Assembly: GCA_964348385.1 (NCBI GenBank)
Contig: CAYGCN010000001.1
Location: forward strand, 537-64,536
Direction: 5' to 3'
Source of the DNA: an uncultured Gemmatimonadaceae bacterium
GTDB lineage: Bacteria; Gemmatimonadota; Gemmatimonadetes; Gemmatimonadales; GWC2-71-9
Length of the DNA: 64,000 nucleotides
The position numbers and the translations under genes are program-made. Positions 26,571 through 35,758 of the stretch are shown here, one piece after another. How positions within the stretch are numbered: the stretch's first letter is position 1; every line of letters starts with the position of its first letter. The notes under the pieces were generated by a model. The model was not told the origin of the DNA. It ran no database searches and was given only the letters and a program-made list of their open reading frames with translations.

Positions 26571-28837
26571 TACCGCTGATCGCCGATGCGGCCGTCGTGG
26601 TGCGTGGGACGATGTCCGAGGATGCGACCCAACGGATTGTGGTATGGGCAGAACTCGGTCGGCTGGGTCCCGGGGATGAACCACTCGAAGTAGACGCTTT
26701 GGCGCGGGCAGAAGTCCGTGGCGCGATAGCCCGTGGTGGCGTCGATGCTGAGGAGCACGAGCCCGTTGGGCCGGGGCCAATCTTTCGGGGCCGGCCGACG
26801 CTCATACACTTCGTTCATGAAGGTCGCCCACGCGGGGGCCGCGAGCAGACCGCCCTGCGCATTGGCCTTGATCTTGGCGGGCTGGTCGAACCCGATCCAC
26901 ACGGCCGTGACGAGCTCGGACGTGAACCCGATGAACCACACGTCGGTGCCGTCGTTGGTGGTGCCCGTCTTCCCACCGGCAGGGTGCCTAAAACCGCCAC
27001 GGGCCCGCACTGCGGGTGCCGCCGTACCGCCGTCCACTACGCCTTGCAGCATGTTGGTGACGAGCCACATGTGCTCCGGATCCATGACCGTGGTCCGACG
27101 CACCTGGGGCTCCCACACGATGTTGCCGTCCGCGTCTTCGACCCGGAGAATGCCGAGCGGTGCCACCTGCACGCCGAGCGTGGCAAAGGCGGTGTACGCC
27201 GACGCCATCTCCAACGGGATCACCGACGCCGACCCGATGAAGAGCGACGGGTACCGCGGCAGCGGTGTCGAGAGCCCGTAGCGTGCCGCTTCGCCGATCA
27301 CCGCCTGGACTCCCAGTTCCAGCCCGAGCTTCACGGCCACCAGGTTCCGGGACAGCATCAGGCCGCGTCGCATGGTCATCGGCCCGTAGAACCGCTCGTC
27401 GAAGTTCTGCGGCTCCCACGGCATGGTGTCGTTCTGCATCAGGCTCACCGGGCCGTCTTCGATCATGTGGCTCGATGGCTTGTCGGCCCGAATCGCCGCG
27501 GAGAACACGAACGGCTTGAACGTCGATCCCGCTTGCCGCTGCGCCTGGGCGGCGCGGTTCCACTCGGAATCGGCGAAATCGCGCCCTCCGACCATAGCCC
27601 GCACGTAGCCCGTCCCGGCTTCGAGCGTCACCATGCTCCCCTGGAGGTAGGGCGTGAGGGTGTGCTTCTCTCCCACCCTCTGTTCGGTATCCACATACTG
27701 CTGGTAGGACAGATGTCGAAACGGCCCGTACTCGCCACCCTCGATGCGCTCGAGCTGCTCCGCCATGGCCCGCTCGGCCGCGAGCTGCATGTCGAGGTCC
27801 AGCGTGGTGTACACGCGGTAGCCCCGGTCGTAAATGGCGGTACCAAACCGCGCGTACAGCTGCTGACGCACCCACTCGACGAAATACGGCGCCACATCGC
27901 CGTAGTCCTCGCGAGAGCTGACGCGCAGCGGATAGGCCTTCCAGCGCTCCGCTTCCGCCGCGGTGACATAGCCCTGCGAGCGCATCAGGTTCAGCACGAC
28001 GTTCCGGCGACGAACTGCGCGATCGGGATAGCGCCGGGGATCGTAGGCGTTGGGGCCGGGGAGAATCCCGGCCAGCAGGGCCGCCTCCGCCGGATTCAGA
28101 TCGCGGGCGGACTTGCCGAAGTACCGCCGCGCGCCGGCCTCGACACCATACGCACTGCCGCCAAGGAACACCTGGTTCAGATACAGCTCGAAGAGCCGAT
28201 CCTTGGAGTACGTCCGCTCCAACTCCAGTGCGACCCGCATCTCCCGGATTTTGCGGCGCAGCGACTTCTGGCTCGGCAGCGCCTCGCTCCAGACGTTGCG
28301 GGCGAGCTGCATGGTGATGGTGGAGAAACCCTCGTCGTATTCCATCGCGACGACATTCGCCCGGACGGCACCCAGAATACGGCGAAGGTCGATGCCGCCG
28401 TGATCGTAGAACCGCTTGTCTTCGGCCGCCAGAAAGGCTGCCCGCACGGCTGGCGAGATCTCCTCGGCGCTGAGCACCGTCCGATGCTCCACCCCGAGTT
28501 CCTGGATGAGCCGGCCGTCCGCGGCAAAGACTTTGAGCGCCTGGTCGGGGCGATACGAGTCCAACACGGCGATCGAGGGACACGCGCCGCCCGCGCACGC
28601 GCGGTTCCACGACCCAATCGCGATGCCGGCGCCCAATCCCGTCAGAATGACGAGGATGGCCGCGGTCCACCGCGTGACGGGACTGGCCCACACCTGTCTG
28701 AGACGCTCGCGGGCGTGCCGCAGGTGATCCTGCGGACGAGCCGTCACGGCGCGGGATTCGGTCGAGCGTGGCCGTCCCGGCTGCGTGAACAAGGGTCGGC
28801 GCTCGGGCCGGTCGGCGGAGGGGTGTTCGTTCATCAA
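26570..28837 (-). CDS. mrcA: Bifunctional penicillin-binding protein 1A (glycosyltransferase GT51 + transpeptidase)
   Basis: Trimmed to the ATG at 28835-28837 (MNEHPSADR...). TM anchor WTAAILVILTGLGAGIAIG. GT51 motifs EDKRFYDHGG and RKIREM. Transpeptidase motifs STFKP, SRN and KTGTTND. Confidence 0.9.
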   Translation of the reverse strand: MMNEHPSADRPERRPLFTQPGRPRSTESRAVTARPQDHLRHARERLRQVWASPVTRWTAAILVILTGLGAGIAIGSWNRACAGGACPSIAVLDSYRPDQALKVFAADGRLIQELGVEHRTVLSAEEISPAVRAAFLAAEDKRFYDHGGIDLRRILGAVRANVVAMEYDEGFSTITMQLARNVWSEALPSQKSLRRKIREMRVALELERTYSKDRLFELYLNQVFLGGSAYGVEAGARRYFGKSARDLNPAEAALLAGILPGPNAYDPRRYPDRAVRRRNVVLNLMRSQGYVTAAEAERWKAYPLRVSSREDYGDVAPYFVEWVRQQLYARFGTAIYDRGYRVYTTLDLDMQLAAERAMAEQLERIEGGEYGPFRHLSYQQYVDTEQRVGEKHTLTPYLQGSMVTLEAGTGYVRAMVGGRDFADSEWNRAAQAQRQAGSTFKPFVFSAAIRADKPSSHMIEDGPVSLMQNDTMPWEPQNFDERFYGPMTMRRGLMLSRNLVAVKLGLELGVQAVIGEAARYGLSTPLPRYPSLFIGSASVIPLEMASAYTAFATLGVQVAPLGILRVEDADGNIVWEPQVRRTTVMDPEHMWLVTNMLQGVVDGGTAAPAVRARGGFRHPAGGKTGTTNDGTDVWFIGFTSELVTAVWIGFDQPAKIKANAQGGLLAAPAWATFMNEVYERRPAPKDWPRPNGLVLLSIDATTGYRATDFCPRQSVYFEWFIPGTQPTEFCPYHNPLGRILGHRPTHHDGRIGDQR

Positions 28838-28866
28838 CACTGAAACGTAGTCGGGCCGGGTTTCGC

Positions 28867-28895
28867 TTGCCAGCCGTATCGGGCGCACATAACCT
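28867..28895 (+). promoter_or_regulatory. Candidate promoter ending about 7 nt before the tyrS GTG (possible leaderless transcript)
   Basis: TTGCCA (28867-28872), a 17-nt spacer, then TAACCT (28890-28895). An alternative -10 is CATAAC (28888-28893). There is no Shine-Dalgarno sequence between this and the GTG at 28902. Confidence 0.3.
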
Positions 28896-28901
28896 TCGCG
28901 G

Positions 28902-30164
28902 GTGACGACACTGCTCGACGAACTGACGTGGCGTGGCCTGGTGGAGGACCTTACTCCCGGCCTGGTTGAGCGGCTCGCCGGCGGGCCGATCACCGGCTAT
29001 GTCGGGTTCGATCCCACTGCCCGCAGCCTCCAGATCGGCAACCTGGTGCCGCTCATGCTGCTCGCCCACCTCCAACGGGCGGGTGGCAAGCCACTCGTCG
29101 TGTTGGGTGGCGGGACCGGCCTGATCGGCGACCCCAGTGGAAAGCGCACCGAACGACCGCTGCTCGACGCCGCCATCATCGACGAGCATGTCGCACGTCA
29201 GCGGGTGCAATTCGCGCGGTTCCTGGAATTCGGCGCCGGCCCCTCGGACGCCGAACTCATCGATAACGCCGAATGGCTGACACCACTGCGCCTCGTGGAT
29301 TTCCTGCGCAGCGTCGGGAAGCATTTCACGCTGTCGTACATGCTTCAGAAGGAATCCGTGAAGAGCCGGCTCGAGGAAGGCATTTCGTACACCGAGTTCA
29401 GCTACATGCTGCTCCAGGCATACGACTTCCTCGAGCTGTACCGATCGCACCGCTGCGAGCTGCAGCTCGGGGGGTCCGACCAGTGGGGGAACATCACCGC
29501 AGGTCGCGAGCTGGTACGACGCGTGGAGGGCGTGGAAGTGCACGGCCTCTGCGCTCCGCTGCTCACGACCTCCGGCGGGGGCAAGTTCGGCAAGAGCGAA
29601 GAAGGCGCCGTGTGGCTGGATCCCGAGATGACGTCGCCGTACAAGTTCCACCAGTTCTGGATGAACGTGGACGATCGCGATGTGGAGTCGCAGCTCCGGG
29701 TGTTCACGTTTCGCTCCAAGGACGACATCGCCGCTCTCATGGCGGCGCACGACCGTGAGGCGAGCCGGCGGATCCCCCATCGGGCCCTCGCCCACGACAT
29801 GACGGCCCGGGTGCACGGCGCCGAGACGGCAGACCGCGTGGACCGTGCGTCGAAGATCTTGTTTGGCGAACTCGAGCCTCGGGCAGCGGACGCCGGGACC
29901 TGGAAGCTGCTCGCCGCCGAGCTGCCCTCGGTGGAGGTCGATCTCTCGACACCCCGATCGACCATCGATCTCGCGCTGCTCGCGGGCCTCTGCACGTCCA
30001 AGAGCGATGCCCGGCGATTGATCGCCCAGCGAGGGCTGTACCTCAATGCCGAGCCCGTCACCGAAGACGTATCGGTCGGCGCGGACCGTCTGCTGGATGG
30101 GGGGGTGCTCTGGTTGCGTCGGGGCAAGAAGACCGACGCGATCCTCGTCACATCCGCGTCCTGA
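28902..30164 (+). CDS. tyrS: Tyrosine--tRNA ligase
   Basis: TTLLDELTWRGLV, GFDPTARSL-QIGN-LVPL (the HIGH position), KFGKS (KMSKS-type), and a C-terminal S4-like domain. GTG start. Confidence 0.9.
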   Translation: MTTLLDELTWRGLVEDLTPGLVERLAGGPITGYVGFDPTARSLQIGNLVPLMLLAHLQRAGGKPLVVLGGGTGLIGDPSGKRTERPLLDAAIIDEHVARQRVQFARFLEFGAGPSDAELIDNAEWLTPLRLVDFLRSVGKHFTLSYMLQKESVKSRLEEGISYTEFSYMLLQAYDFLELYRSHRCELQLGGSDQWGNITAGRELVRRVEGVEVHGLCAPLLTTSGGGKFGKSEEGAVWLDPEMTSPYKFHQFWMNVDDRDVESQLRVFTFRSKDDIAALMAAHDREASRRIPHRALAHDMTARVHGAETADRVDRASKILFGELEPRAADAGTWKLLAAELPSVEVDLSTPRSTIDLALLAGLCTSKSDARRLIAQRGLYLNAEPVTEDVSVGADRLLDGGVLWLRRGKKTDAILVTSAS

Positions 30165-30570
30165 GTCTCACCGCCATCGCCTCGAGCTCCTGGCGTGACG
30201 CCTCCTCCGGGTAGGACTCCGGAAAGCGCAGGCCGAAGGTGTCGTCCTCGAAGCGGGGAAGCACGTGGAGGTGGAGGTGAAAGATCTCCTGCCCCGCCGC
30301 GGCACCATTGGCCGTCCACACGTTGAAGCCCGCCGCCCCGACCTCCGCGACGATGTGCGGCGCCACGCGCGCACACACGGCGAACAGATGAGACGCGACG
30401 GCCTCCGGACAGGAACCGAGATCGACGACATGCTGGCGCGGTACCACCAGGGTATGGCCGGCATGCACCGGAAACAGGTCGAGAAACGCGACGGCCCGGT
30501 CGTCTTCGTATACGATGCTCGCCGGCGCCAGGCCGGCAGCGATGTCGCAGAAGATGCAGGACCGGCTCAT
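30148..30570 (-). CDS. HIT-family (histidine triad) nucleotide hydrolase/transferase
   Basis: The last 140 codons of track ORF 30148..31365. The start MSRSCIFCDI fits the HIT N-terminus, and the HLHLHVLP histidine triad is present. ATGA overlap with the upstream gene. The 3' end overlaps the convergent tyrS by 17 nt. Confidence 0.85.
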   Translation of the reverse strand: MSRSCIFCDIAAGLAPASIVYEDDRAVAFLDLFPVHAGHTLVVPRQHVVDLGSCPEAVASHLFAVCARVAPHIVAEVGAAGFNVWTANGAAAGQEIFHLHLHVLPRFEDDTFGLRFPESYPEEASRQELEAMAVRLRTRM

Positions 30571-31751
30571 GCTGTGCGCAGGATCTCCACCACCCGCTCG
30601 ATTTCTTCGATCGTGTTGTAGCAGTGGGGCGACAGCCTGATCGATCCTTCGCGCAGCACACACACGATGCCCGCGTGCTTGAGGGCGCGATAGGTCTCGA
30701 CCACGTGCGGTGTGCGAACGCAGATGATGGAGCAACTGTGAGCCGGGTCGGCCGGAGAGACGAGTTCGAACGCCCCCGCCCGCGCGGCCTCCAGCAGGGG
30801 GCGCCGGATCTCGCACAGGTAGGTGCGAATCCGTTCGATGCCCAAATCGAGTAGCAGGCGCACGCTCTCGGTCATGCCCACCATCGCCTGAAACGGCAGC
30901 GTGCCCACTTCGAACCGCCGGGCGTCGGCCCAGTGGGTTCGACCGTAATCCGTGAGACAGGTGAAGTCGTCCATGCCCTCGAACGCCATCCATCCCGCAA
31001 ACGGCGGCTCCAGCCGCGATATCAAATCCTTCCGCACGTAGAGAAACCCCGATCCCCAGGGAGACAACAGCCACTTCTGTGCACCGCTGGCGAGCACGTC
31101 GATCCCAAGCTCGTGCACGTCCAGCGGGTACTGCCCCAGACCCTGGATGGCATCGACCACGAGGTACGTCCCGTTTGCCCGGCAGGCATCGCGCAGCGCG
31201 GCGAGATCGGCCCGGTAGCCGTTGGAGAACTGCACGAAGGAAATCGCGAGGATACCGACCCGCGCATCCGTCAGCCGCTCGAGCAATCGTGCCTCGTCCG
31301 GCCACCCGTTCGCGGTGGTCGGCACCAACTCGACCTCGACCCCTCGCCGCTGGAGCGCAAGCCATGGGTAGACATTGGCCGGGAACTCGCGATCGGACAG
31401 CAGCACGATCTGGCCGGTCTCGACCGGGAGTGACGCAGCCGCCACGTTCAGTCCGTAGCTCGTGTTGGTGGCGAGCGCCACTTCCTCGACATGGGCGCCG
31501 AGCAAGCGCGCCACGGTGGCCCGGGCCTCCACGAGGATGTCCTGCAGCGTGCGATCCGGCAGCAGGTGCGGTGCCGTTCGCTTTGCCGAGAAGTCGTCGA
31601 TGACCCGTCGAGCCCGCTCGGGTAGTGGCCCGCTGCTCGCGTTGTTGAGATACGTGGTCTCCGCGGTCCAGGGGAACTCCGCGCTGCGGAGGCGGCGCAC
31701 GGTGTCCCGCAGTTCGCCGGAGACGGGAGCCGGGGCCGCTGCGTCGGTCAT
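30567..31751 (-). CDS. Class V aminotransferase (cysteine desulfurase / isopenicillin-N-epimerase-like, PLP-dependent)
   Basis: Trimmed to the ATG at 31749-31751 (MTDAAAP...). YLNNASSGPL, and the PLP-lysine context ASGAQKWLLSPWGSGFLYV. Confidence 0.8.
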   Translation of the reverse strand: MTDAAAPAPVSGELRDTVRRLRSAEFPWTAETTYLNNASSGPLPERARRVIDDFSAKRTAPHLLPDRTLQDILVEARATVARLLGAHVEEVALATNTSYGLNVAAASLPVETGQIVLLSDREFPANVYPWLALQRRGVEVELVPTTANGWPDEARLLERLTDARVGILAISFVQFSNGYRADLAALRDACRANGTYLVVDAIQGLGQYPLDVHELGIDVLASGAQKWLLSPWGSGFLYVRKDLISRLEPPFAGWMAFEGMDDFTCLTDYGRTHWADARRFEVGTLPFQAMVGMTESVRLLLDLGIERIRTYLCEIRRPLLEAARAGAFELVSPADPAHSCSIICVRTPHVVETYRALKHAGIVCVLREGSIRLSPHCYNTIEEIERVVEILRTA

Positions 31752-31755
31752 ACGT

Positions 31756-33585
31756 TCACGAGACGGCGGGCGTGCGAGTCGCCGGTGGCGCGTCCACCGC
31801 CTGGAGCCGGCGATACGGACCTCCGGCCGAGAGCAACTCGTCGTGGCGACCGATCTCCACGATTCGGCCGCCGTCCAGCACGGCGATCCGATCGGCGCGC
31901 TCCAGGGTGGAGGACCGGTGGGCGATGAGCAACACGGTCCGATCACGCAGGAGGCGATCCATGGCGTCCTGCACGAGGCGCTCCGAGTCCGGATCCAGGT
32001 GAGACGTGGCTTCGTCCAGAATGAGAATCGGCGGGTCGCGCAGGAGTGCCCGCGCAATCGCGATCCGCTGGCGCTCGCCTCCCGACAGCCGCATCCCGCG
32101 CTCGCCCAGGATGGTATCGTACCCGCCCGGCAGCCGCTCCACGAAGGCGTGCGCGTTGGCGGCGCGTGCGGCCGCGTGCACCTCCGCGTCCGTCGCACCC
32201 AACTGGTCGCCGTAGGCGATGTTGTTACGCACCGTATCGTTGAAGATCACCGTATGCTGACTCACGATTCCAAGGCTGCGTCGCAGTGACCGACGGGCGT
32301 ACCGCGTGAGCGGCACACCGTCCACGAGCACCCTGCCTCGGGTCGGTTCGACAAATCGCGGCAACAGGTCGGCCAGCGTGGATTTCCCCGCCCCGGATGC
32401 ACCGACCAGCGCCAGGATCTCCCCGCGGCGCAGCTCGAGATCGACGCCCCGAAGAACCCAGTCGTCACCCTCGTAGACCACCCAGACGTCCTCGAGCACG
32501 ATGCGCTCCTGCAGCCCGGGAAACGGGATGGTCGCGTCGGTGTCGACGTCGTCGGGCCGCTCATCGAGCACCTCGAAGATACGCTGTGCCGCTCCAAGCG
32601 CCTGTTCGGCTTGCGCGGGGAACTGCGACAGGCGCTTGACCGGCGGCAGGAGGCGGAGCGAGAGCGTCAGGAACGCGACCAGGATCTCGGGACGCAGGGT
32701 CGCACCCCCGCCGGCCACAGCCCCAATCAGGAGCAGCACCACGAGGACCGTCGCCCCCAGCGTCTCGCTCATGGGACCGGCCAGCAGCGCGGCACGCTGG
32801 ACGCGCAGGACGCCGCGACGGTACCGCTGGACAACCTCCGCGAAGCGTCGCCGCTCGTAGGCCTCGGCCCCGTACGCCTTCACCACCCGCGCCCCCTCGA
32901 GCGTCTCGCTCATGATGGCCGTCATCTCTCCCCGATCGTCGAGCACGGTCACCACCCGCGAGCGGATTCGTCTCAGGATCGGTCGCAGCACGAGCGCCAC
33001 CGTCGGTGCGACGACGAGGGTGACGAGGGCCAGTCGCCAGGACAGCGCGAACAGGATCGCGAGGTAGACGGCGATGAGGATCACGTTCTGCAGCACCGCA
33101 ACCAGCGCCTCGCTGACGGCCCATTTGGCCTGATCGGCGTCGGCGACCATGCGACTCAGGATCTGCCCGCCCTTGGTTCGCCGGAAGAAGCCGAGCCCGA
33201 AGTGCTGGAGACGCCCGTGGAGGTCGATACGGAGATCGCGGGCGACCGACTCCTGCAGATAGTGACTCAGGAGGCCTGCGACGTAGGCCGCGGCATTCTT
33301 GAGAGCGACCGTGACCAGGATGACGAGGACCACGACCCGGAGCGCTCCACGGGGATCGGTCGGGAGCAGTCCACCGACCGTCCAGTCGAGCACCCGCTCC
33401 ACCAGGGTAGGCGACTCGGCCACGGCAGCGCCGGCGCCGAACAGGAGACGGAACAGGGGAATGAGGAGCGTGAGCAGGAACCCGTCGAGCACCGACGCGA
33501 CGACGGCGGCCGCAAACGCGGCGAGGAAGGCGAGTCGGAACGGTCGGGCATACCCGACGAGCCGCCGGAAGCGGCCTGCGGTCAC
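31756..33585 (-). CDS. ABC transporter, fused permease/ATPase, MsbA-like exporter
   Basis: Six-TM exporter domain. Walker A GASGAGKST, signature LSGGERQRIAIARA, Walker B ILILDEATS. GTGA overlap with the upstream gene. Confidence 0.85.
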   Translation of the reverse strand: MTAGRFRRLVGYARPFRLAFLAAFAAAVVASVLDGFLLTLLIPLFRLLFGAGAAVAESPTLVERVLDWTVGGLLPTDPRGALRVVVLVILVTVALKNAAAYVAGLLSHYLQESVARDLRIDLHGRLQHFGLGFFRRTKGGQILSRMVADADQAKWAVSEALVAVLQNVILIAVYLAILFALSWRLALVTLVVAPTVALVLRPILRRIRSRVVTVLDDRGEMTAIMSETLEGARVVKAYGAEAYERRRFAEVVQRYRRGVLRVQRAALLAGPMSETLGATVLVVLLLIGAVAGGGATLRPEILVAFLTLSLRLLPPVKRLSQFPAQAEQALGAAQRIFEVLDERPDDVDTDATIPFPGLQERIVLEDVWVVYEGDDWVLRGVDLELRRGEILALVGASGAGKSTLADLLPRFVEPTRGRVLVDGVPLTRYARRSLRRSLGIVSQHTVIFNDTVRNNIAYGDQLGATDAEVHAAARAANAHAFVERLPGGYDTILGERGMRLSGGERQRIAIARALLRDPPILILDEATSHLDPDSERLVQDAMDRLLRDRTVLLIAHRSSTLERADRIAVLDGGRIVEIGRHDELLSAGGPYRRLQAVDAPPATRTPAVS

Positions 33586-35150
33586 GGGGCTCCCCTTGGC
33601 GTGAGCAGCGCCACGGGCAGAATCACCTCCTCCGGCGTCACCCCACCATGCAGGAAGGAGCCACGATACCGCGCCTGATATTCCCGGAGCTTCGTCGGGT
33701 AGACGAAGAAGTGATCACCGGTGGCGAGCAGCATGCGCACGCCGAGCCGACCCTTTGGGAGACCCCAGGCGGTGAGATCGTCCACAAGGATCGCCGTTGC
33801 CGGCTTCTCGGCCCGCAGATCTTCCCCGAACTTGTACCGGAGATTGGCCGTCGCATCGCGTTTGGCGAACACCGTGGCCGGGGTGTGGCAGTGGATCGAC
33901 CCGTGGTCGGTGGTGAGCAGCACCGGGACACTGCGGCGCTCCGCCTCGCGCAGCGCTCGAAACAAGGCGGAGTCCTCGAACCACGTGCGGGTCACGCTGC
34001 GCAGCGCTCCCGAATCTCTGGCGACCTCATAGAGGATGGCATTCTCGGCGCGCCCATGCGTGAGCTGGTCCACGAAGTTGAACACGAGCGCCGTCACCCC
34101 ATCCTGCGACAGGTATCCCGGGACCCGCTTCAGCAGTTGCTCACCCTCTTGGGACGTCGCGACCTTCTCATACCTGACCGGGACCGATCGACCGGTCAGT
34201 TCGCGAAGCTGCTCTGCCAACAGGGCATCCTCGTGGGCGTTCAGACTCTCGTCGTCGCGCTCCCCCCACCAGTCCGGATGCCGACCCTTTATCTCCATCG
34301 GAAACAGCCCGCTGAAGATGGCATTGCGGGCGAACGGCGTGGCGGTGGGGAAGATGCTGTAGTAGTACGACTCCTCGAGATCGAACAGCGGCGTCACGTG
34401 CGGCTTGAGCAGTTCCCACTGGTCCAGACGCAGGCAGTCCACCACCACGAACATGACCCGACCGTGCGCCTCCAACAGCGGCATGAGAAACTCGCCACAC
34501 ACGTCCACCGACAGCGGGGGTCGGTCCTGGTCGGGATGGGCCAACCACGTCGGGTACTGCGAGCGAATGAACGTCGCGAAATCGTCGTGCAGGCTCAACT
34601 GGAAGCCCCGGAGGGCGTCCTGCAGACCGCGTTCCTCACTCTGCCCGAGCCGGGCCTCCCACTGAAACACCTCGACGACGAGTTCCATCCACTCCCGCCA
34701 CCCCGGTCGGCTCCCCCGTCGCTGCTCGAGATCCCGAAAGCGCGTCACGAAGTCACGAGCCAATCGCTGCTGCCGAATCCGATCCCCCTCGAGCAGCCGC
34801 GTGACCACCGTCAGCACCTGGCGGGGGTTGACCGGCTTCACCAGGTAATCGTCCAGCTCGATGCCGATCGCCTCGTGCATCGTCGTGGACTCTTCGCTCT
34901 TGGTGACCATGACGACGGGGGCAGCGGGATCGATCGCCCGGATCTCCGCGACGAGGTCCAACCCTCGGCGCCCGGGGAGCTGCTCATCGAGCAGCACGAG
35001 CCCGTACGGCCGGCGCTGCAGCAGCGCGACCGCGTCGTCGCCGTGCGCCGCCTGCTCCACCTCATAGCCATGCTCTTTCAGGAACAGGACATGCGCGCCG
35101 AGCGATTCGATCTCGTCGTCCACCCAGAGGATCGTTTTGGGACGGGGCAT
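33582..35150 (-). CDS. Response regulator with PglZ (alkaline-phosphatase superfamily) output domain, PorX-like architecture
   Basis: Trimmed to the ATG at 35148-35150 (MPRPKTILWVDDE; AGGAAAGAAG upstream). The REC residues are intact (DD, LVLLDEQLPG, VTKS, YLVKP). PglZ-like motifs: VVVDCLRLDQW, FPTATPFARNAIFSG, LLTTDHGSIH. Confidence 0.8.
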   Translation of the reverse strand: MPRPKTILWVDDEIESLGAHVLFLKEHGYEVEQAAHGDDAVALLQRRPYGLVLLDEQLPGRRGLDLVAEIRAIDPAAPVVMVTKSEESTTMHEAIGIELDDYLVKPVNPRQVLTVVTRLLEGDRIRQQRLARDFVTRFRDLEQRRGSRPGWREWMELVVEVFQWEARLGQSEERGLQDALRGFQLSLHDDFATFIRSQYPTWLAHPDQDRPPLSVDVCGEFLMPLLEAHGRVMFVVVDCLRLDQWELLKPHVTPLFDLEESYYYSIFPTATPFARNAIFSGLFPMEIKGRHPDWWGERDDESLNAHEDALLAEQLRELTGRSVPVRYEKVATSQEGEQLLKRVPGYLSQDGVTALVFNFVDQLTHGRAENAILYEVARDSGALRSVTRTWFEDSALFRALREAERRSVPVLLTTDHGSIHCHTPATVFAKRDATANLRYKFGEDLRAEKPATAILVDDLTAWGLPKGRLGVRMLLATGDHFFVYPTKLREYQARYRGSFLHGGVTPEEVILPVALLTPRGAP

Positions 35151-35353
35151 GGGGTCGCTTCTTTCCTGAGTGCGGGTTCCGCCGACTTGGACCGTTCGAC
35201 CCGCCCGCTGCCGAGCGGTACCGGACCACACCCGCAAGTTAGGCCCCTCGGGTGACGGCTTCAACGCGTGCTGGCCGTCCACCCCATGCGACCCTACATT
35301 GCGACACGACGCCGACCACCCGGACCCGCTGCCACCTGCTCGCGTGGAGCATC

Positions 35354-35758
35354 ATGGCCGATCACCTCAGCGCGATGGAAGATCACCTGCTTGCCGACCT
35401 GGCCGAGGCGGCGCGTGGGCCCAAGCGCAACGGCTTATTCGCCCTGTGGCTGGTCGTGCGACACTGCGACGGGGCGTTACCCCCTGAGCCGCTCAGCGCA
35501 CACGCTGGCGGTACGCGGCTTGGCGGCCTGGAGCACCGTTTGAGTAGCCTGTCCCTCCCGGCGCCGTTGCGTCGAGCGCTCCCGGCCTGTCTCCGCGAGC
35601 TTCGAGTTGGACAGGTCTCACGGATCCCGATCGCGCTCCAACAGCTCGCGGCACCCGCCCGCGAGGGCGTAGATGGGGGCGCGGCCGATGCGCTCGCTGC
35701 CGCCGCCCGGACGGCCCGACGACTGGTCCGTGAGCACCGCTCGGAGGCGGAGGCATGA
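35354..35758 (+). CDS. Hypothetical 134-aa Ala/Leu/Arg-rich helical protein
   Basis: Track ORF 35252..35758 trimmed to the ATG at 35354 (GTGGAG 4 nt upstream). Codon third positions are GC-rich like neighbouring genes. ATGA overlap with the downstream DnaB-like gene. I recognise no motifs. Confidence 0.45.
   Translation: MADHLSAMEDHLLADLAEAARGPKRNGLFALWLVVRHCDGALPPEPLSAHAGGTRLGGLEHRLSSLSLPAPLRRALPACLRELRVGQVSRIPIALQQLAAPAREGVDGGAADALAAAARTARRLVREHRSEAEA

Noticed and set aside
28838-28901. T-box or other leader upstream of tyrS
   Set aside because: Only 64 nt separate the divergent starts, which is far too short for a T-box, and no specifier or T-box sequence is visible.
26390-29816. Very long ORFs 26390..28843 (+, 817 aa) and 26988..29816 (-, 942 aa)
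   Set aside because: They are shadow frames of the PBP1A and tyrS genes. Both are extremely Arg/Gly/Pro/His-rich with no motifs, whereas the chosen frames carry complete GT51/transpeptidase and TyrRS signatures. The same reasoning applies to 45447..47495 (-), 24471..26579 (+), 18070..19899 (-), 33648..35255 (+), 22218..23783 (+), 20998..22209 (+), 35383..36576 (-) and 41796..43052 (-).
33582-35150. PglZ domain as a marker of a BREX/PGL phage-defence island
   Set aside because: No pglX methyltransferase, brxC ATPase, brxL or other BREX genes are nearby. The PglZ domain is fused to a receiver domain (PorX-type), which is a signalling architecture rather than a BREX one.
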